From Candidatus Saccharimonadota bacterium (GTDB taxonomy: Bacteria > Patescibacteriota > Gracilibacteria > BD1-5 > UBA6164): a DNA stretch of 32,000 bases. Positions within the stretch are counted from its first letter, which is position 1; each line of letters opens with the position of its first letter. Positions 28,140 through 32,000 of this stretch are shown here, in pieces. Where the stretch lies: contig CP042461.1 in the NCBI GenBank assembly GCA_004563595.2, forward strand, positions 270,001 through 302,000, given 5' to 3'. A program made the position numbers and the translations under genes. The notes beneath the pieces are model-generated. The model made no database searches. It was not told the DNA's origin and saw only the letters and a program-made list of their open reading frames with translations.

Positions 28140-29516
28140 TTATATTTTCATAAGTATGAAGTACATTCCTGCTGATATTAATCATGAAACGGGGAGTGTA
28201 ATTATCCATGCAAGAGCTATATTTTTGATCATCGCTTTTTCTATATACTCTTTATCTTTTCCTTTTTGTCTCTTGATATGTTCTCTTAATAATCATACTC
28301 AGAAAATTCACCCAATTGCAATATGTGTTGAACTTACTGGAAGTCATAATTGACTTGCAATGAGTACAGTAACAGCAGCAGATAACGCTACACAAAAAGC
28401 TCTAATTTGGTTTAATTTTGTAATTTCTCAACCAACTGTTTTAATTAATCTTGCTCAGAATACACTGAGTCATACTACAATTCATAATGCTCAGAGAATC
28501 ATAATCCACTTTTCAACTGATGCCTTTGATCATTGAATATGTTCAATCCCATTTCAAAATATATCATTAATTGCTGCAAGTGGTCAGATCGCATTTGCCA
28601 CATCATTTGCTCCATGTGCAAATGAGAGAAGTGCTACTGAACAAATGAGAGGGACATTAAATAAAGTATTAATAAAACTTTTTGAATTTTTAAAGTAAGA
28701 GGATTGTTTTTTATAATGGAGAATAAGAGCTATATAGACAAGTATTCAGATAACGACTCAAGCAAATAATGCAAAACTTGGAGTGATTATATTCGCTAAA
28801 CTTTCATTTGATTTTAAGAGGGGTTTTAAACCTTTTATTAAAAGGTATATTGAGAAAATAGCTGACATAAGTCATACATATACTGGAACCCATATTTTTG
28901 CAGCATCTCATCTGGATTCTTTCTTGAGAATATTTCTTCTGATAGAGAGTAATAATATTGCTGCTATAGTTCATCAGAGAACAGGAGATATGACCCATGA
29001 TGCTGCAATTTTTCCTACTACAATCCAATTTACAATTCAAAAACCATAAGAAATTATTCAGGCTCATAGGAGTGCTCATATGATAGAGTGAGTTGCTGAT
29101 ACAGGAGCTTTAAAATAGGTAGCGATATTAAGCCAAACAGCAGCTCATAATAACGTAGATAACATGATAGCAACTAAATCCATTTGGTTTGTTATTTGAT
29201 CACCGTTAATGATTCATCCTTTGATAGTATCTACAACATCTCAACCAGCAATGATGGCTCCACTTGCTTCAAAGATAGCTGCGATAATAATTGCTCAAGT
29301 GAGAGTGATAGCTTTTGATCATACTGCGGGTCACATATTATTAGCAACGTCATTTGCTCATATATTTATTGCCATATATATTCATAATATAGCTGCAAAA
29401 AAGAGGTAAAAACTTGTATTTCCCCCTTCCATAATATATACCCATGCAATTGCTCACAGAAGAAACACTGCTGCGATGATATATTTATAAACCTCTTTTT
29501 TTTCCACATTAAACAT
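28140..29516 (-). CDS. PiT-family inorganic phosphate transporter
   Basis: 458 aa in table 25. Duplicated GANDVAN..GP signature, PVSATH/PVSSTH motifs and C-terminal IALAWIITLPVSGLISA. More than 30 TGA=Gly. Track ORFs here are antisense or off-frame. Confidence 0.9.
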
Positions 29517-29578
29517 TGGTTCCTGCTTTAAAAATTAAATAATACTTAATTATGGTATCATACTAAAAAAATAATGTA

Positions 29579-29606
29579 CAAAAAAACCAAGGATTTTACC
29601 TTGGCT
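29579..29606 (-). terminator. Intrinsic terminator (minus strand) after murG
   Basis: ccaagg / ccttgg hairpin. The A-run at 29579-29586 is a T-run on the minus strand. Confidence 0.6.
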
Positions 29607-29640
29607 ATTTTGTAATAATATTTATAAAATATAATAAATG

Positions 29641-30711
29641 TTATTTTTTATCTATGTGTTCTTCAATGACCTGTAGTGGTTTGAAAAAGTTTTCTAAATT
29701 GAGTCCTGATTTTCTGAGATCTTTAAATTTTTGAAGAAGTCTGAAAAGTTCTAGATCAAGGTTATTCTCTTCATCAAGAATATTGCTTCAGAATTCAGAA
29801 TGGAAATATTCAGCATTTTTTAATTGATGATTTCAGGCACTATTTTTGAGAGGTATAATAATTGAGTGAATTCAAAAACTATTAAGTTCCCAGAGAGTAG
29901 TTGCTCATCATCTTGTTATTGCTATATCTTTATTTTTTAAGATTTTTCATAACCTTTTTTGGGTGATAAAGTCATGGACAAGAATGTTTGGAAATTTTTT
30001 GAAATCATCCCTCATCCACATATTCTTTTCTCAAAGAACTATATTAAAGTTTATGTCTTGTAAATCAGGAAGAATTGTTAAGAGGGTCTTGAATATAGTT
30101 GTTGATCATTGACTTCCGGCTATTATCATCACTTCAAGCTTTTCATTCTCTTCTATTTCTAAATCATCAAGGTAATCTAGTAACTCAGGGTTTAAAATTT
30201 GTCAGGCTACAATATATTTTTTATTATCAATTTTTTTATTTGGGAAAGTATAAAACGTTTTTGTTGCAACTTTTCAGATAATTTTATTTGCAATTCATGC
30301 TGTCATATCAGACTCATGAACATATATTTTTTTCCTGAGAATAAATGCTGCAATACAAAGAGGAAGACTTACATAGCCTCATTTTGAGAATACAATATCT
30401 ATTTTATATTTTAATATATAGAATATTCAAAACACAATTCATGAGAGATTTTTTAATGGTTCATAAAAATTCCTCAGATCAAAGTATCTTCTTACTTTCC
30501 CCGCAGGTATACTGAGAAATTTTATTTTATTTTTTGATGCTATTTCTTCTTCTAACGAATCTTCTTCTCAAACCCAGAAAAAATTATATTTTCGTTCCTC
30601 GTTTAAATAATTATATGTTGATAATAATGGAAAAACATGACCTCAAGTTGAGCCTCAAGTAAGAGCAATAGTTTGTTTAGAATTCAGGGTTTTATCAATA
30701 TGAGTACTCAT
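29641..30711 (-). CDS. murG: UDP-GlcNAc:undecaprenyl-PP-MurNAc-pentapeptide GlcNAc transferase MurG
   Basis: LTGGSTGGHVFP (G-loop; TGA at 30655-30657 and 30643-30645), GGYVS.P, AGSQGS, TRGGATT..E and N.Q..NA motifs. 356 aa. Confidence 0.9.
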
Positions 30712-30713
30712 GT

Positions 30714-31301
30714 TTAAAGTTTTATGTAATGTAATATTTTTATAATAAGCTTATTCAGTGATTTTACAAATTTTTGTTCTTTTAATAAATCTGTCATAAT
30801 GAAACTTGATATAAATCAAACCAAAATTCATCAAATAATATCAAATGGCCAATGGACTCATGCAATTATTCTAGAAATATTCATTAACAGAACAAATGGA
30901 AAAAATATGAGTCAGATCTTTTTATAACCTGCAAAGAATAATGAAAAAAGAAAAGCAAAGCTTACGGCTGCATGGTCTGAGGGGAAACTTGCATCAGGGA
31001 CATGGGAAAGTAATAACTTTCATACTCATTTTATAGCTTCTTCGGGTCTATCAAAAATGACTATTTGTTGAATAATCAGATTCATGATAATAGCAAGAAC
31101 AACAGAATAAAATATATTTAGTAACATTTCCTTTTTTTCATGTTGAGAATTAAAGTTATAAAAAATCCATGTAGATACTAAGAAGATTGGAAGGAAAAAT
31201 ATAGGAGCATCCGCAAAAATTCAAACCATAGATTCTATATTTGAATTTGAATTGAGAGAGTTCAGAAAAACAAGAAGGTCCTCATTAAATTTTTGTAACA
31301 T
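30714..31301 (-). CDS. PAP2-family phosphatase (undecaprenyl-diphosphatase BcrC-like)
   Basis: KxxxxxxRP-like motif, SFPSDHA and SRIIAGVHWPFD motifs. 195 aa. Its stop lies 2 nt upstream of the murG ATG, so they form an operon. Confidence 0.85.
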
Positions 31302-31451
31302 ATTTTAAGTTTATTTTAAGGTATTAAATTATACTAAAAGTCATTTTTAACAATTTAGCGTATTTCGTAAAATAATCAAGAAAAAACTTTCTATTTTATT
31401 AAAAAGCTTTATACTGAAGGGGACTTATTTTTTTATTACATTTTTTACTCT

Positions 31452-32000
31452 ATGTCCGATTATACTCCTTTAAAGTGAACAAAAGATTTATTTCCAGATG
31501 ATCATAAATACCTAACTTTCTTAAAGAAAGTTTTTCGTCATGAATTTCGTAAAAACTGATTTAGAAGAATTACCACTTCAGTACTTGAAAGTAATGAAAT
31601 TATAGGTGATGTTTTTTGAGAAAATACTGGAGGAATTTATAAAACAGAAGATGGATGTTTAAGATCTCATTCAGCAGTATGAATATTAAGAGCATATTTG
31701 AATGCAGAAATGAGTGAGGAGATTCAACCAGTATATTATTACTTTATGGATAATTATTTCTCAAATGGGGAAATGTGATATAATGAACTAGAAAAAATTG
31801 GTTGAGAAATAATCTGAGAAAATGATCCTATACTCGATGCCATTCTTATATATATTACTTATAGTATATTAAATAAAATTGGACTAGAAAATGATTTCAC
31901 TATCAGGATAAATTCTATTTGAATTGAAAAAGAAAAAGTAAAATATAGAGAAGAACTTATTTCTTTTTATGAAAATAAAAAACATTTATTATCAGAGAAA
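31452..32000 (+). CDS. hisS: Histidine--tRNA ligase, N-terminal part (3' end lies outside the window)
   Basis: MSDYTPLKGTKDLFPDD (KGTxD, Gly=TGA at 31476-31478), then ...FRRITTSVLE (motif 1 region) and LRSHSAVGILRAY (class II HisRS pattern). Confidence 0.85.

Noticed and set aside
28201-28260. Apparent frameshift near the 3' end of the PiT gene
   Set aside because: It was my own transcription error. Re-deriving the reverse complement gives GAA AAA GCG ATG ATC..., and the canonical C-terminus IALAWIITLPVSGLISA is in frame.
28156-29409. Track ORFs 28156-28353(+), 28783-29049(+), 28804-29079(-) and 29209-29409(+)
   Set aside because: They are antisense or off-frame to the PiT transporter CDS (28140-29516, minus strand), whose signatures appear only in the table-25 frame.
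31290-31305. A third occurrence of TTTTGTAACAT, considered as another operator site
   Set aside because: It overlaps the ATG TTA CAA start of the PAP2 gene on the minus strand and is a single half-site, so it is probably coincidental.
1-32000. Genetic code 4 (UGA=Trp, Mycoplasma-type) as the explanation for in-frame TGA
   Set aside because: TGA sits at invariant Gly positions (P-loop, GKGG, HIGN, GGxGGH). Trp positions use TGG. The UCA tRNA has Gly identity elements, not Trp ones.

Overview
AT-rich bacterial chromosomal segment that does not use the standard genetic code. The supplied standard-code ORF track breaks almost every gene into fragments. Reading TGA as a sense codon gives about 40 contiguous, tightly packed CDSs that all end in TAA or TAG. 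In-frame TGA falls on invariant glycines: the EngB P-loop, the PNPase KH GKGG motif, TrpRS HIGN, MurG GGxGGH and HisRS KGTKD. Trp is still TGG. This is translation table 25 (UGA=Gly), as in Gracilibacteria/Absconditabacteria (SR1)-type CPR bacteria. The cognate tRNA(UCA), carrying glycine identity elements, is encoded in the window at 1875-1953.

Recognisable genes are rsmE, engB, trpS, pnp, murG and hisS (partial). Others are a PAP2 phosphatase, an AI-2E permease, a PiT phosphate transporter, a VTC-domain protein, a CYTH protein, a CsaA-like tRNA-binding protein, a Nudix-like protein, a MerR/SRPBCC pair and a signalling cluster (EAL, two OmpR-type regulators, a histidine kinase).

Several genes embedded in this code-25 background contain no TGA at all, and most of them have strong Shine-Dalgarno sequences that the native genes lack. 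Three of them end on a 'fossil' TGA stop. They are a NhaA-like antiporter, a tandem-duplicated AdoMetDC-like protein and two islands of small unknown genes that flank a ~1 kb non-coding stretch containing three intrinsic terminators. I read these as acquisitions from standard-code donors.

All domain calls come from motif recognition by eye. No searches were run.
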